A stretch of 20,000 nucleotides of DNA. Source: an uncultured virus (IMG/VR IMGVR_UViG_3300008262_000233). Taxonomy: Duplodnaviria; Heunggongvirae; Uroviricota; Caudoviricetes. Positions 8,353 through 18,357 of the stretch are shown here, piece by piece; positions within the stretch are counted from its first letter, which is position 1; each line of letters begins with the position of its first letter. The position numbers were made by a program, and so were the translations under genes. The stretch is from the IMG/VR virus record IMGVR_UViG_3300008262_000233, one strand, 5' to 3'. The notes under the pieces were generated by a model, which did no database searches, was not told where the DNA came from, and was given only the letters and a program-made list of their open reading frames with translations.

Positions 8353-8573
8353 TTTGTCAAGAATTCTTTTGGACCAGATATTTCCATAGTAGTTATTTCA
8401 GCTTTGCTGAGTAATTCTTGAGCTCCTTTTTCATCAGTAGCTATACAACAGAAACGGTGAGTGGCTGGTAGTTCACCACTTTCAGAACAAGGAATGGTTA
8501 AGATATTCTCTCTTTTCATTTTTTCTCTTGCCTGAGAAACTTTAGATTCTTCGCATAAGATACATACTCTCAT
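8328..8573 (-). CDS. hypothetical protein
   Basis: 81-aa ORF tightly coupled to its neighbours; overlaps the oxygenase start; contains 5 Cys and 1 His. Confidence 0.65.
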   Translation of the reverse strand: MRVCILCEESKVSQAREKMKRENILTIPCSESGELPATHRFCCIATDEKGAQELLSKAEITTMEISGPKEFLTKWNLKIIK

Positions 8574-8578
8574 ATTAG

Positions 8579-8821
8579 TTATTTATTTTTTAATAGAGAT
8601 AGAATCTCTTTTCTTTCTGCTGATGTCATAGGCTTAGTCTTTAAGAAATTTACAATCTCTTTTAATTGACTCTCCGAGTATGTATTCAATAGTAAAGTTT
8701 TTGTTTCATTACGTTCCTTGAAAGTCATTTCGAAAGCTTCTTTTTGATCATCTACCCACAGATCATTTTCTAATGATTTGAGATATTTATTATCTGTTGT
8801 TCTTTTAATTACAATAACCAT
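8579..8821 (-). CDS. hypothetical protein
   Basis: 80-aa ORF with an A-rich leader, 5 nt from the next gene. Confidence 0.65.
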   Translation of the reverse strand: MVIVIKRTTDNKYLKSLENDLWVDDQKEAFEMTFKERNETKTLLLNTYSESQLKEIVNFLKTKPMTSAERKEILSLLKNK

Positions 8822-8841
8822 TTTTAATAATTTTATTTTAT

Positions 8842-9804
8842 TTAATCTGCGTAGACTTCAAATGTTAAAACACCGTCAGGAGAAAACTGATTCTTTAGAT
8901 ATTGAGGTATAGTTAAAATCAAACCTTCTTCACCCTCAGGATCTATTGAAAAAGTTCCTAAATAATTCGTATTCGGATCAGAGTTTAACAAATCTACAAG
9001 TTCATTTATGTCATTTACAGTCACACCAGGGTCAGCAGAAAAAATACCAACACCACTTCCGTTGTATTGAGGGCTACCCAGTAGTTCTACCTCTACACTG
9101 CTATATGGATATTCACTCAGATTCAGTCCATAAATTGTGACTGGAGTCGTATCTTGGTCTCTTTTAATCTTTATTTCAACTGGTTGATAATATAATGAAT
9201 CCTCAATAGGAGTTTGATTATCCATATCCCATATATAGAGAAAGACTGCATCATCTTTGTAAGCTAAACCAGCAACTCCACCTTGTTTGATAATCCAAGG
9301 TGATGTGAAAGCTCCTCCATTCTGACTTACTGATACCTGCGTTGATTTTCTAGGAAATGCATTTGTCTGAGGGCCTGTAATACTATTAAAACCAACATAA
9401 GCTCCTGGACCAGCATAACCACCCCAATCTATATCAAAACCAAGTGTATTTTCCAATACTTGCACCACAATATCACCAGATGAATCTAATATTGAACCAT
9501 TCGTCCAATCCGCTGGAACTTCACCAGTAGCTGCAAATACACATCCACTAGTATTCATTGTCCCGGATATCAATTCAGCAATATTACTGAAATCATCACC
9601 CGAAGAATAGGTTCCTATTGTGTAAGTTTCTCCTATTATTAGTCCACCTAAAAAATAACCAATATCATTACCTGACGTGGGTGTAGTGTCGGTCAATAGA
9701 GCTCTATAAATACCATAATTAGTGGAAAAAGTTCCTGTAATTGTAAGACTTCCATCGATAGTCTGATTTTCTAAATTATTTATAATATATCTTGTAGTTG
9801 CCAT
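8842..9804 (-). CDS. putative virion structural/fibre-associated protein
   Basis: 320 aa, G/T/S/D-rich. The YRALLT...VQVLENTLG..IDW....G.Y pattern is one I recall from Bacteroidota-phage structural proteins. The ATG directly abuts the upstream TAA. Confidence 0.65.
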   Translation of the reverse strand: MATTRYIINNLENQTIDGSLTITGTFSTNYGIYRALLTDTTPTSGNDIGYFLGGLIIGETYTIGTYSSGDDFSNIAELISGTMNTSGCVFAATGEVPADWTNGSILDSSGDIVVQVLENTLGFDIDWGGYAGPGAYVGFNSITGPQTNAFPRKSTQVSVSQNGGAFTSPWIIKQGGVAGLAYKDDAVFLYIWDMDNQTPIEDSLYYQPVEIKIKRDQDTTPVTIYGLNLSEYPYSSVEVELLGSPQYNGSGVGIFSADPGVTVNDINELVDLLNSDPNTNYLGTFSIDPEGEEGLILTIPQYLKNQFSPDGVLTFEVYAD

Positions 9805-12800
9805 TTATTCGGTTATATTTTTTATTGTTAAAACATCATTCTCATCATAGTATGATAGTCTTAAATTTCCATCACTTCTTCTAAAAATTGTACAATTGTA
9901 GTTACCGTAAACTGATGGTGTTCCTGACACAGTTTCTACTGTGATTTCTATATCAAAACTATAGGTTCCGAATTGAGAAGCTGCAATTGTTAATACATCT
10001 GAAACCTGATATTGATTACCCGGTGTACTTATAGTAACACCTGTTACAACTGAACCTGAAACGGTCAAGTCAAAAGTAGCCCCTGTTCCACTTCCCCCAG
10101 ATACTGTAAGTCCAACATAATTACCATCTGTGCCAGGTATAGAAGGTGATAATCCAGTATTATCAGATATTGTAAGTATGTTGTTATAATATTCTTTAAA
10201 ATTATAATTATATAAATTTTGTGTCTTAACATCATTCATTTGAAAGTAATCACCTATTTCATTCTCCTCAAATACATCTGCGATATTATTATCGTAAAAA
10301 TACTCACCGATAGTATTATATCGAAAATCATTACCAATCTTATTTCCTCTTGATAGGCCGCCTCCGAATCCAAAATCATTTTCAATATTGTTGTCATAAA
10401 AATCATTACCTATTAAATTATAGGAGAAATTGTTTGATATATTGTTAAGTGAGAAGCCATTACCAACTTTATTGTTTTGTGAGCCAGTTCCAATCACGTT
10501 GTCTGCACAATCCATACCAAAAACATTTTTAATAAACCCATTATAAATTTCGTTAGTAGCAAAATTATCACCTATAATATTTTTATAGGTATCACCTACA
10601 ACGAAATTTCCTTTAAAGTCATTAGAAATTTGATTTTTGATGAAGTCATATTCTCCAATTAGTTCAGAACTTCCGATAGTATTGTTATTGAAGTCATTTC
10701 CTATCCTATTATTACTAAATACATTGTAAATACTGTTATCAACTACTCCACTACCGATGAAGTTATATTGAAAATAACTAAAAATTATATTATTGTTAAA
10801 ATCCGATTCTATTTGATTATATCCAAAATTATCTTTAATCTGGTTTGATTCAAATGAGTGTCCTATTCTATTATTATTAAAATTGTTACCAATTTTATTA
10901 TCATTAAAATAATCACCTATATTGTTCTGATAGAAACTACCCATTAAATTTTGTTGAAAATCTTTTCCAACATTATTTCCTTCGAATGAAGATATTCCAA
11001 TGTTGTCTTGAAATCTCTTACCAATTTTGTTATTTGTGAAAGCTTGGAAAAATGTATTGTCTCTGAAACCCATTCCTATTTTCAGATTTCGTACACTAGA
11101 TGTAAATATATTATTTTCAACATCACCATTTTGCCACCATCCACCATCAGGACTTCCAACACCATCAATGTGAATATCATAAACGCCATCGCCATAAAGA
11201 GGGAATACTGGGAAGTCTTTATAATTACCAGTTGTAATTTGACTACCAAGTGCATGTACAGTATCTGTTAGGCCCAAGTAATTTGCACTAAGATTTAACC
11301 AATTGTAAGAACCACTTAAATCCATTTGCCATCTTCTGTATTTTATTCCTCTAAAATCAAAAGGTACTACAATATCATTTGATCTATCAGTTCTTTTAGT
11401 GACACATCCTGTTATTTCTTCTGTTGGATTAATAGTATACACATATAGACTAGAGGACTGATAAGATAAAAAGTCATTATAAGTCAAGTCAGGTAACATT
11501 ACTCTAATTCCATCATCGCTGATTAGAATCTCATTTATAATAATTGTATTGTATGAGTTATTGTATCTTGGTGCTGATCTTATAGGTGTAACTGGTTCGA
11601 AAACACAATCTATTTGACTGTTTCCTAATTCAGCATAGATTGAGAAATAATGACCATATTGTACACTATAACCTGTCGGCACATCAAAATAAACCTGACT
11701 GTTATCAGCATCCCACATCAAGTCAAAACCAGTAACCTCTGACTCATCAGGTAGAGTATTATTGTTAGTGATTTCTAAAGGAAATCCTAGATTATTACAA
11801 TATGGTAGATACTCAAGTACGTCATTCGGATAAGTCTCAGATAAAACTACTGGATCGAACTCATAAGATGAAATTGCACGAAGTAAAAGAACCTCGGAAT
11901 TTTCAGACGTGTAGACTTCTCTAGCAACATAACCAGATGGTGTCTCTTGATTGTGTAATTTAATTATTTTACTTACCGGTTCATCTTGATAATTGACTAT
12001 ATCTCCAGCTACAATAACATAATCATTATCAAAAGCGTTTACATATTTTATCGCCTGAAAGAAACCATTATAAGTTGCAAAATCAGAGTCTATACTTCCA
12101 TCACTACTCAGTTTAACAAAAGATTGATTTCTGACATTGTTGAGGTATGAAAATTGTCCACCTACTGCAATTGTATTATCTGGTAGTTGTTTTACATCAA
12201 ATACTGATCCGTCAAAACCAAATCCGTTTCCGGTGGAAGTGAGATTATTATAAAAAGATTGGTCTTCTGTTCCATTAGAATTTAATCTAACCAACCTACG
12301 TCTTGTGGAAGAAGTTAGGCCTGTGAATTGACCACCGACTAGTATGCTATCATTGGATTGTATGAAAACCGAAATTAAAGGACCATTAAAACCAAGTCCG
12401 ATATTATTAGTAAATTCCTCTTCTACGTACCCTGTTGACTCTAATTTAAGGATGTAATTTGCTGTGTTCCCATTATATGAGGTGAAACTACCTCCCAAAA
12501 CTATAGTTCCGTCGTTGGAGTTATATCCAATAGAATTTAGACCACCATTTAATCCTGAGTTATTTCCAGTATCTATAAAATTCGTATAGAAAGTTTCATC
12601 TTCAAGTCCATCAGAACCTAATCTGACAAGGTAGGTTCTAGACGACCCATTAAATTGATTGAAATAGCCACCAACTAAAATTTTACCATCATCTTGTAAT
12701 TCGAGAGTTCTAATCTGGTCGTTAAACCCAGTTCCGTCTCCAGTCGATGCAACTCCATCTTCATAGAACGCTGTGTCTTCAGTTCCATTTGAGTTCAATC

Positions 12801-13917
12801 TTACTATCCCATTTCTTGTATTTCCATTGAATGATGTGAAGTTACCAGCGACTATAATTTTACCACTAGGTTCTACAATAATACTGAATACAGTTCCACT
12901 AAATCCAGTACCTAGATTTGTATTAAATGTTGTGTCTGGACTACCATCCGGATTCATTTTAAATAAATAACTCATGGTCATACCGCCAACTTGGTCGAAT
13001 TCTCCACCAACTATCAGACCATTATCTGTTGCTAAATCAACTGTCCAAATGTTGCTGTTAAAAACAACATTATTATTTGACATAGTTGCACTAAATTCTT
13101 TGTATAATCTACCAGCTTTCACGTTTGCAGCTGATGTGTTATTAATAGCGTTACTATATCCATGTATAAAGTTTTTTGAAGTATAGTCGGTCAATCTGTA
13201 AATTGAATTTGCAACTAAGGATTGTGAAGTAATTGCAGATATTAACTCAGAGTATGTGATATCAGTAACACTAACTGTAAGTCCAGCTCCAGATTCACCA
13301 TTAAATGCAGTCGATTGAGTTGTTCCGTCTGGAAATTCTAAATATCCGAGTTTATCAAATTTAAAATTCTTAGTTTCACTAAATCCGTCATAGAAATTGA
13401 TGGATATAGATTGTTCTCCATAGTCATTACTAGCTGAAACTAGAATATCACTTTTTCTACCAGCCCCGTCCTGTGCATAAATATTAACAAAACTATTATT
13501 GATACCATCTAGATTTAGTTGAACTTGAGCCTGTGTCGATTCATTCCCATCAACTTTTACTTTATATGTGTTACCACCATCAATTGTAGGAAAACTAGTC
13601 TCATAATAAGTCATTCCGGTCAGCTCTAAATACCCATTAGTATCTATATTAGTAAGTATTGTTGATACATCACCTGATATTAATCTATCTGAAGTACCAC
13701 CTCCACCACCTGCAGGACCAGCTGGTCCTTGTGGACCTGGTGAACCTGCTGGTCCTTGTGGTCCCGGAGCTCCAGTTGCTCCACCACCAGCTTGAATAGT
13801 TTCACCATCTTCACCCTTTTCGCTGAAATTTGGCCCATCAAATCCGATGTATTTAAAACCAGCTGGTGGATTGGGCAATGCATTAAAATCAGTTTCTTGA
13901 AATAATATTCTTCTCAT
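9805..13917 (-). CDS. mosaic fibre/receptor-binding protein: collagen linker, 7-bladed delta-60 (DUF5122-like) propeller and Asn-rich beta-helix
   Basis: 1370 aa. Contains GATGAPGPQGPAGSPGPQGPAGPAG, FPDGTTQSTA, and seven repeats of the type V..I......KI.V.G.F..FNG..R..IVRLNS.G..D..F (~11960-13050). 11-aa NxIGxxF repeats span ~10230-11120, followed by a GGSGTGATFDLTV module near the C-terminus. Confidence 0.8.
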   Translation of the reverse strand: MRRILFQETDFNALPNPPAGFKYIGFDGPNFSEKGEDGETIQAGGGATGAPGPQGPAGSPGPQGPAGPAGGGGGTSDRLISGDVSTILTNIDTNGYLELTGMTYYETSFPTIDGGNTYKVKVDGNESTQAQVQLNLDGINNSFVNIYAQDGAGRKSDILVSASNDYGEQSISINFYDGFSETKNFKFDKLGYLEFPDGTTQSTAFNGESGAGLTVSVTDITYSELISAITSQSLVANSIYRLTDYTSKNFIHGYSNAINNTSAANVKAGRLYKEFSATMSNNNVVFNSNIWTVDLATDNGLIVGGEFDQVGGMTMSYLFKMNPDGSPDTTFNTNLGTGFSGTVFSIIVEPSGKIIVAGNFTSFNGNTRNGIVRLNSNGTEDTAFYEDGVASTGDGTGFNDQIRTLELQDDGKILVGGYFNQFNGSSRTYLVRLGSDGLEDETFYTNFIDTGNNSGLNGGLNSIGYNSNDGTIVLGGSFTSYNGNTANYILKLESTGYVEEEFTNNIGLGFNGPLISVFIQSNDSILVGGQFTGLTSSTRRRLVRLNSNGTEDQSFYNNLTSTGNGFGFDGSVFDVKQLPDNTIAVGGQFSYLNNVRNQSFVKLSSDGSIDSDFATYNGFFQAIKYVNAFDNDYVIVAGDIVNYQDEPVSKIIKLHNQETPSGYVAREVYTSENSEVLLLRAISSYEFDPVVLSETYPNDVLEYLPYCNNLGFPLEITNNNTLPDESEVTGFDLMWDADNSQVYFDVPTGYSVQYGHYFSIYAELGNSQIDCVFEPVTPIRSAPRYNNSYNTIIINEILISDDGIRVMLPDLTYNDFLSYQSSSLYVYTINPTEEITGCVTKRTDRSNDIVVPFDFRGIKYRRWQMDLSGSYNWLNLSANYLGLTDTVHALGSQITTGNYKDFPVFPLYGDGVYDIHIDGVGSPDGGWWQNGDVENNIFTSSVRNLKIGMGFRDNTFFQAFTNNKIGKRFQDNIGISSFEGNNVGKDFQQNLMGSFYQNNIGDYFNDNKIGNNFNNNRIGHSFESNQIKDNFGYNQIESDFNNNIIFSYFQYNFIGSGVVDNSIYNVFSNNRIGNDFNNNTIGSSELIGEYDFIKNQISNDFKGNFVVGDTYKNIIGDNFATNEIYNGFIKNVFGMDCADNVIGTGSQNNKVGNGFSLNNISNNFSYNLIGNDFYDNNIENDFGFGGGLSRGNKIGNDFRYNTIGEYFYDNNIADVFEENEIGDYFQMNDVKTQNLYNYNFKEYYNNILTISDNTGLSPSIPGTDGNYVGLTVSGGSGTGATFDLTVSGSVVTGVTISTPGNQYQVSDVLTIAASQFGTYSFDIEITVETVSGTPSVYGNYNCTIFRRSDGNLRLSYYDENDVLTIKNITE

Positions 13918-13944
13918 ATTGTATCAGTTAATATTTTATTACCA

Positions 13945-13953
13945 TATATATTA
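13945..13953 (-). promoter_or_regulatory. candidate late-promoter motif TAATATATA
   Basis: + strand tatatatta in the intergenic gap, 27 nt upstream of the ATG at 13917. Confidence 0.65.
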
Positions 13954-13999
13954 AATATGAAATGAATTAAAATAAAACTAACTTGGAAATAATTGAAGT

Positions 14000-16054
14000 T
14001 TATAGTGAGTAAGTAGACCTATTTGCTTCAAAATTTTGAGAAACATCCGCCGCACTGAGAGCGGATGAATATATTCTAACAATACCAATTTGTCCATTAA
14101 AATATTGTGAAAATTCTCCGTTATTATAAGAACCAATATAAAGATTACTTGTTGTGTTTAATAAATTACCTATCGTAGAAGATACTGTTCCTATTGAACT
14201 TCCGTTTATATATGTTGTGAAAGTATCTCCAGTATTTGAGTAAACATATACAGCTTGATACCAAGTACTAGTAGTTATTGTATAACCTGTTGAATTAGAG
14301 TAGTGTGTGTTTAATGTTCCACCAAGTCCATTTCCAATTTGTGAATATACTGAAGAAGATGAATTTATTCTTACTGAATATGACACATCAATTGCACCAC
14401 CACCTGTATCGAACTTTCCAAGAATTACTTGAGATCCAGAAACATTATCAACTTTGAACCAAACTTCCATCGTCCAGTTACCAGTTCCGGGCTCTAAAAG
14501 AGCATTATCTGATATTGATATTTGTGAACTAGTACCATTGAAGTCAAAGTATTTTTTGTTGAAGGTCACATTTGATAAAGTTCCACTTAACGAGTTTCCA
14601 GAGAGGTCACTAACTGTTGAGCCTGTTCCAGAATAAGATGTTAAAAGTGATGGATTGAAGTATAATTTTAAATTAGAGGTGATAAAATTTGTACCGTTGT
14701 ATACGGGACTAAGTGCATCATAGTTTTGTTTAATTTGCTCTACTGTAAGTTTTGAGTTATATAACATCATATTTGCAACATATCCAAAAGGTTGAGAAAC
14801 TCCAAGATTATTACCTAATCCATCGTGTAAATTTCCACCAGATCCGTAAGAAATTGAACTTCCAACTTGAGAACCGTTTATGTAAAATGCTTGAGATGAA
14901 TTATCACCAACAACAGAATATTGAGTCCATACGTCAACAAATGGAGACAGATCATATCCCGAACTTCTAAAGGCGCTATCCCAATATCCTAAGGTATTTG
15001 TACCATTTGGAATTGTAATTGGTGTATAACGTGGGGATTTAGTATAAAGTAAGGTTCTAAATGATGTGTTATCATTGATAGCTCTTGCCCAAATGACATA
15101 TGTATATCCAGTCGTTGATAATGTAGGGCCAGTACCATCCACTGCTATTTTTTTATCACCAGTAGTACAGTCAAAGCATTTTATTCCATAAATCACAGCC
15201 GATGTGGCACCTGTGGTCAGAGAGTGTGTGTAATTATTTCCACTGATATCAAAAACTGATCCACCACTAAAACTTTGTGGATCGTTCGCGTCCAACCAAA
15301 TTAATAAATCATTTGTGTGTATATAATTTGATTTAGTTGAATTATAATTATTTAAAACCTGTTGTTGTGAAAGCGCGGTGTTATAAACATGAAAAGCTCC
15401 GAATTTTGCTTTTGCATATGTACCGTCTCCTAAATTTGTGGTATCAGCGGCACCTATTGCGTAGAAAAGTCCAGCACCACTCCCATTGTTATATGGTGTT
15501 TGTCTGATTCCGGTTGTTGTTCCAGCGACCTGTCCATTTATGTATCCTTTCATAGTCAGTCCATCATATGTCAGACCAACATAATACCAATTATGTGAAG
15601 ATATAGGAATTGAAGATATAAAGGTCAATCCTGGCCAAAGAAAGAATTCTAAATCACCGTTGACAATTTCGATCTGTGAATCGTGCCAAACAGAACTCAG
15701 AGTTGATGTTCCTTGTTCTGTAATTAATACACCGTTATCCATAGGATATACCCATAAAAAATACGATATTATTGTAGAAGTGTTTGGTGGTGACAACTTT
15801 GAATTGAGTGAGGTACTAGTTATTATGTAATCATTTGTACCATCTATATTTAAATAACCGTTAGATGAATAAACTGGACCATTTATCAAAGTCGCGTTAC
15901 TATTTTCAACTAAATCATCTATAGTAGTTAAACCATAGTAGGTATTACTATTGTACATTTCATATCTTAAAATTAATCCAGGAAGCGTGAATCCCCTTAT
16001 AGAGGTGAAGAGTTTAGATAATGGTCCTGAGAAACTTGAAAGTCTATTTAGCAT
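14000..16054 (-). CDS. triple LamG/concanavalin A-like lectin domain protein
   Basis: Three tandem domains. Each starts with L..(Y/W)(L/F/E)...S(Y/F).G....D(L/I).(G/E)N, contains W......Y/F...NG, and ends Y(N/S).(A/K)L(S/T)..(Q/D)(V/I).(N/Q)N(Y/F). Confidence 0.88.
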   Translation of the reverse strand: MLNRLSSFSGPLSKLFTSIRGFTLPGLILRYEMYNSNTYYGLTTIDDLVENSNATLINGPVYSSNGYLNIDGTNDYIITSTSLNSKLSPPNTSTIISYFLWVYPMDNGVLITEQGTSTLSSVWHDSQIEIVNGDLEFFLWPGLTFISSIPISSHNWYYVGLTYDGLTMKGYINGQVAGTTTGIRQTPYNNGSGAGLFYAIGAADTTNLGDGTYAKAKFGAFHVYNTALSQQQVLNNYNSTKSNYIHTNDLLIWLDANDPQSFSGGSVFDISGNNYTHSLTTGATSAVIYGIKCFDCTTGDKKIAVDGTGPTLSTTGYTYVIWARAINDNTSFRTLLYTKSPRYTPITIPNGTNTLGYWDSAFRSSGYDLSPFVDVWTQYSVVGDNSSQAFYINGSQVGSSISYGSGGNLHDGLGNNLGVSQPFGYVANMMLYNSKLTVEQIKQNYDALSPVYNGTNFITSNLKLYFNPSLLTSYSGTGSTVSDLSGNSLSGTLSNVTFNKKYFDFNGTSSQISISDNALLEPGTGNWTMEVWFKVDNVSGSQVILGKFDTGGGAIDVSYSVRINSSSSVYSQIGNGLGGTLNTHYSNSTGYTITTSTWYQAVYVYSNTGDTFTTYINGSSIGTVSSTIGNLLNTTSNLYIGSYNNGEFSQYFNGQIGIVRIYSSALSAADVSQNFEANRSTYSL

Positions 16055-16056
16055 AA

Positions 16057-18342
16057 TTAATCAAAAGCATTTATTTGTCCAAGAACTTGAGTCCAAGAAC
16101 CACTACTTCTAATAAATGTAAATCCAACTATATCTATCCCGTTTGGTGTTCCAGAAGCGGTTCCACCTGACCACTTAATGGTCTCACTAGCGCCACCATT
16201 TATTGTAACGGAAGTTGGTATATATGCAGTTGATCCTTGATTTATAACTAATGTCGTTGTAATTGCTCTATTATCAGTAGTTGGGACATTAATAAAATTT
16301 GCGGAGAAATTTGTATTCGTAGATGAGTGATACCAATTTGCACCTGTAGAAAAATCGTAAACAACTGTAGACGCAGTCGCATTAATAGATGTTTCTATTA
16401 CTTCAGATACTTGTTGGAATATTGTATGACCTGTAAACACCGAATTTCCAGTTACTGAAAAAGTAGAACCATCAAATGTTAAATTAGATTCAGCGTTTGA
16501 TCCAGTCGCGGTACCATCTGATGTGATGATTCTACCAAGTCCGTAATTAGTGATACTAAGTTGAGGTCCTTGTGGACCAGTGACACCTATTTCACCATTT
16601 GGCCCAGTGGGTCCAATTTCACCTTGTGGTCCAGTAGGTCCAGTTTCGCCTTGTGGACCAGTTGCGCCTATTTCACCATTTGGTCCAGTAGGTCCAGTTT
16701 CGCCTTGTGGACCAGTTGCACCTATTTCACCATTTGGTCCAGTTTCGCCTTGTGGACCAGTTGCACCTATTTCACCATTTGGTCCAGTAGGTCCAGTTTC
16801 GCCTTGTGGACCAGTAGGTCCATCATTACCATTAGTACCATTCGTTCCAGTAGGTCCTGGCACACTTACAACATTATTTACCGCATTATCTACATATTCT
16901 TTATCTACAAGTGATCTGTTAACAAATCCAGACGAGTAATCTGTAAAATATACAAGTCCTTGTGATGCTGATGCGTCACTTCCGATTGATATTAACGATG
17001 AATCACCTGTTAATGCTAAAACACCGCCAGCTGAGATTGTAATATCATTACTGGCGATAACTTGTACGCCATCAGATGAGTCAAAACTTATAAAGTCTGA
17101 GACTGTATCAAAGACAGAAGATGTGAAAGAAATATAGTCGAAACCAACTGCAATCAAATCATTATAGTTACCCTGGAAATTCAAACTACTTACTAGTGTT
17201 CCGCCTACACTTAATGTACCACCAATATTTTGAAGGCCATTGCCATAATTACTTGGTGTTACTCCTGATCCAACATCTTGTGTTCTACCAGTAATGTTTA
17301 TATACCAAGCACTGAAAGTCGCTATTTCATTATTACTGTCGGTCACTCCAAACCCTTCGGAGTAAGAAACGACTAATGATAATTCACCGGTTGCTCTATC
17401 ATATGAGTCTACTAAACCTTCGAAGAAGATACTTGAAAGTTCTTCTACATAGTCATCTTGATAGTAATTCTGAACAAGTGTATTATAAACTTGAGCGTAT
17501 TCACCAGAAACAAATCCAAGTTTTCTCTGAGTGAACAGATTTGCAATTGCTCCTGGTTCTGGTATCTGTAAAGGAGTGCTTGAGGTGCCGTGTAAATGTC
17601 CAGTAATTGGTGAACCGTTTTGTAAAATATCACCATCAATAGGTATTATTAAATTACCATTATAGATAGTATAGACATATTCAATTGGTGATGCAGTTGC
17701 TGACCAGTCATATGTCTTAAAAGAAAGAGAGCTACTTTGTGTAGCTTCCATAGTGAAAGAAATCTGTGCTCTTTCAAATTCGGTGTTTTCAAACTCAGAT
17801 GAAGTAGGTCCAAGTTCAATTGGACTAGTACCTGACCAAACTCTCAAAAGTGGATTAGAACCAGTCGCGGTAAAATTTGTAAATCTTAATGAGCTTCCAC
17901 TATCTAAATACAAATGGTGACCATCCATCGACATATCACCTTGTGATTCAAATCTACCAAGTTCATTTGGAATTAGTGGCTTCTCAGTCAAATCGTTATA
18001 AGATGTGACAGTTGAATATGAGAAACCTGCGAGTGATTGAGTTATAGTCTCTAAAACAAAGTTTTTTACTTCAGCATCAATAAAAAGTGGTGATCTTTCT
18101 TTTAAAATATCAACTTGAGTTTGTATTCTCGAAAGAGCTATTCTTGCTTCATTTGTTGTTGAAAAATCTAGATCAATTGTGTGAGATTTAGTGATAATCT
18201 TCACAAGATTATTAATAGCTCTTAATGATGTTATCGAATAAGCATTTATAGTATGCTTAATTACACCAGTAGTATCTTTGATTTTTAATAAATTATCTGT
18301 ATCTGATACCTGAACTAAAAAATTGTCTAGTTTATATGCCAT
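16057..18342 (-). CDS. collagen-repeat tail-fibre-like protein
   Basis: 761 aa with 33 uninterrupted Gly-X-Y triplets preceded by an [10 protein letters not shown] neck-like motif. The C-terminal beta domain ...TIKWSGGT...[11 protein letters not shown]...WTQVLG is of a type typical of phage fibre tips. Confidence 0.82.
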   Translation of the reverse strand: MAYKLDNFLVQVSDTDNLLKIKDTTGVIKHTINAYSITSLRAINNLVKIITKSHTIDLDFSTTNEARIALSRIQTQVDILKERSPLFIDAEVKNFVLETITQSLAGFSYSTVTSYNDLTEKPLIPNELGRFESQGDMSMDGHHLYLDSGSSLRFTNFTATGSNPLLRVWSGTSPIELGPTSSEFENTEFERAQISFTMEATQSSSLSFKTYDWSATASPIEYVYTIYNGNLIIPIDGDILQNGSPITGHLHGTSSTPLQIPEPGAIANLFTQRKLGFVSGEYAQVYNTLVQNYYQDDYVEELSSIFFEGLVDSYDRATGELSLVVSYSEGFGVTDSNNEIATFSAWYINITGRTQDVGSGVTPSNYGNGLQNIGGTLSVGGTLVSSLNFQGNYNDLIAVGFDYISFTSSVFDTVSDFISFDSSDGVQVIASNDITISAGGVLALTGDSSLISIGSDASASQGLVYFTDYSSGFVNRSLVDKEYVDNAVNNVVSVPGPTGTNGTNGNDGPTGPQGETGPTGPNGEIGATGPQGETGPNGEIGATGPQGETGPTGPNGEIGATGPQGETGPTGPQGEIGPTGPNGEIGVTGPQGPQLSITNYGLGRIITSDGTATGSNAESNLTFDGSTFSVTGNSVFTGHTIFQQVSEVIETSINATASTVVYDFSTGANWYHSSTNTNFSANFINVPTTDNRAITTTLVINQGSTAYIPTSVTINGGASETIKWSGGTASGTPNGIDIVGFTFIRSSGSWTQVLGQINAFD
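16561..16857 (-). repeat. collagen-coding tandem repeat (near-identical 54-bp and 45-bp units)
   Basis: The unit [18 protein letters not shown] is repeated with almost identical DNA (ggtccagtaggtccagtttcgccttgtggaccagttgcacctatttcaccattt on +); one copy lacks the GPT triplet. Confidence 0.95.
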
Positions 18343-18357
18343 TATTTAAAGTAATTT

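Noticed and set aside
9805..16054. Diversity-generating retroelement target (Asn-rich codons, lectin domains)
   Set aside because: No reverse transcriptase, and I saw no template/variable repeat pair differing only at adenines in this window.
16620..16820. CRISPR-like array
   Set aside because: The repeats are contiguous, in frame and have no unique spacers; this is a coding repeat.
16561..16939. Plus-strand ORFs with GPV/SPC and WTS repeats (16561..16914, 16580..16939)
   Set aside because: Antisense shadows of the collagen repeat (GGN CCN codons read as Gly-Pro on both strands); no independent start signals.
4460..17639. Short ORFs 4460..4642, 4697..4930, 8946..9140, 11008..11271, 12773..12970, 12974..13186, 13680..13883, 14454..14636, 14752..14970 and 17445..17639
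   Set aside because: All lie wholly inside long, motif-bearing genes (antisense or alternate frame) and have no recognisable features.
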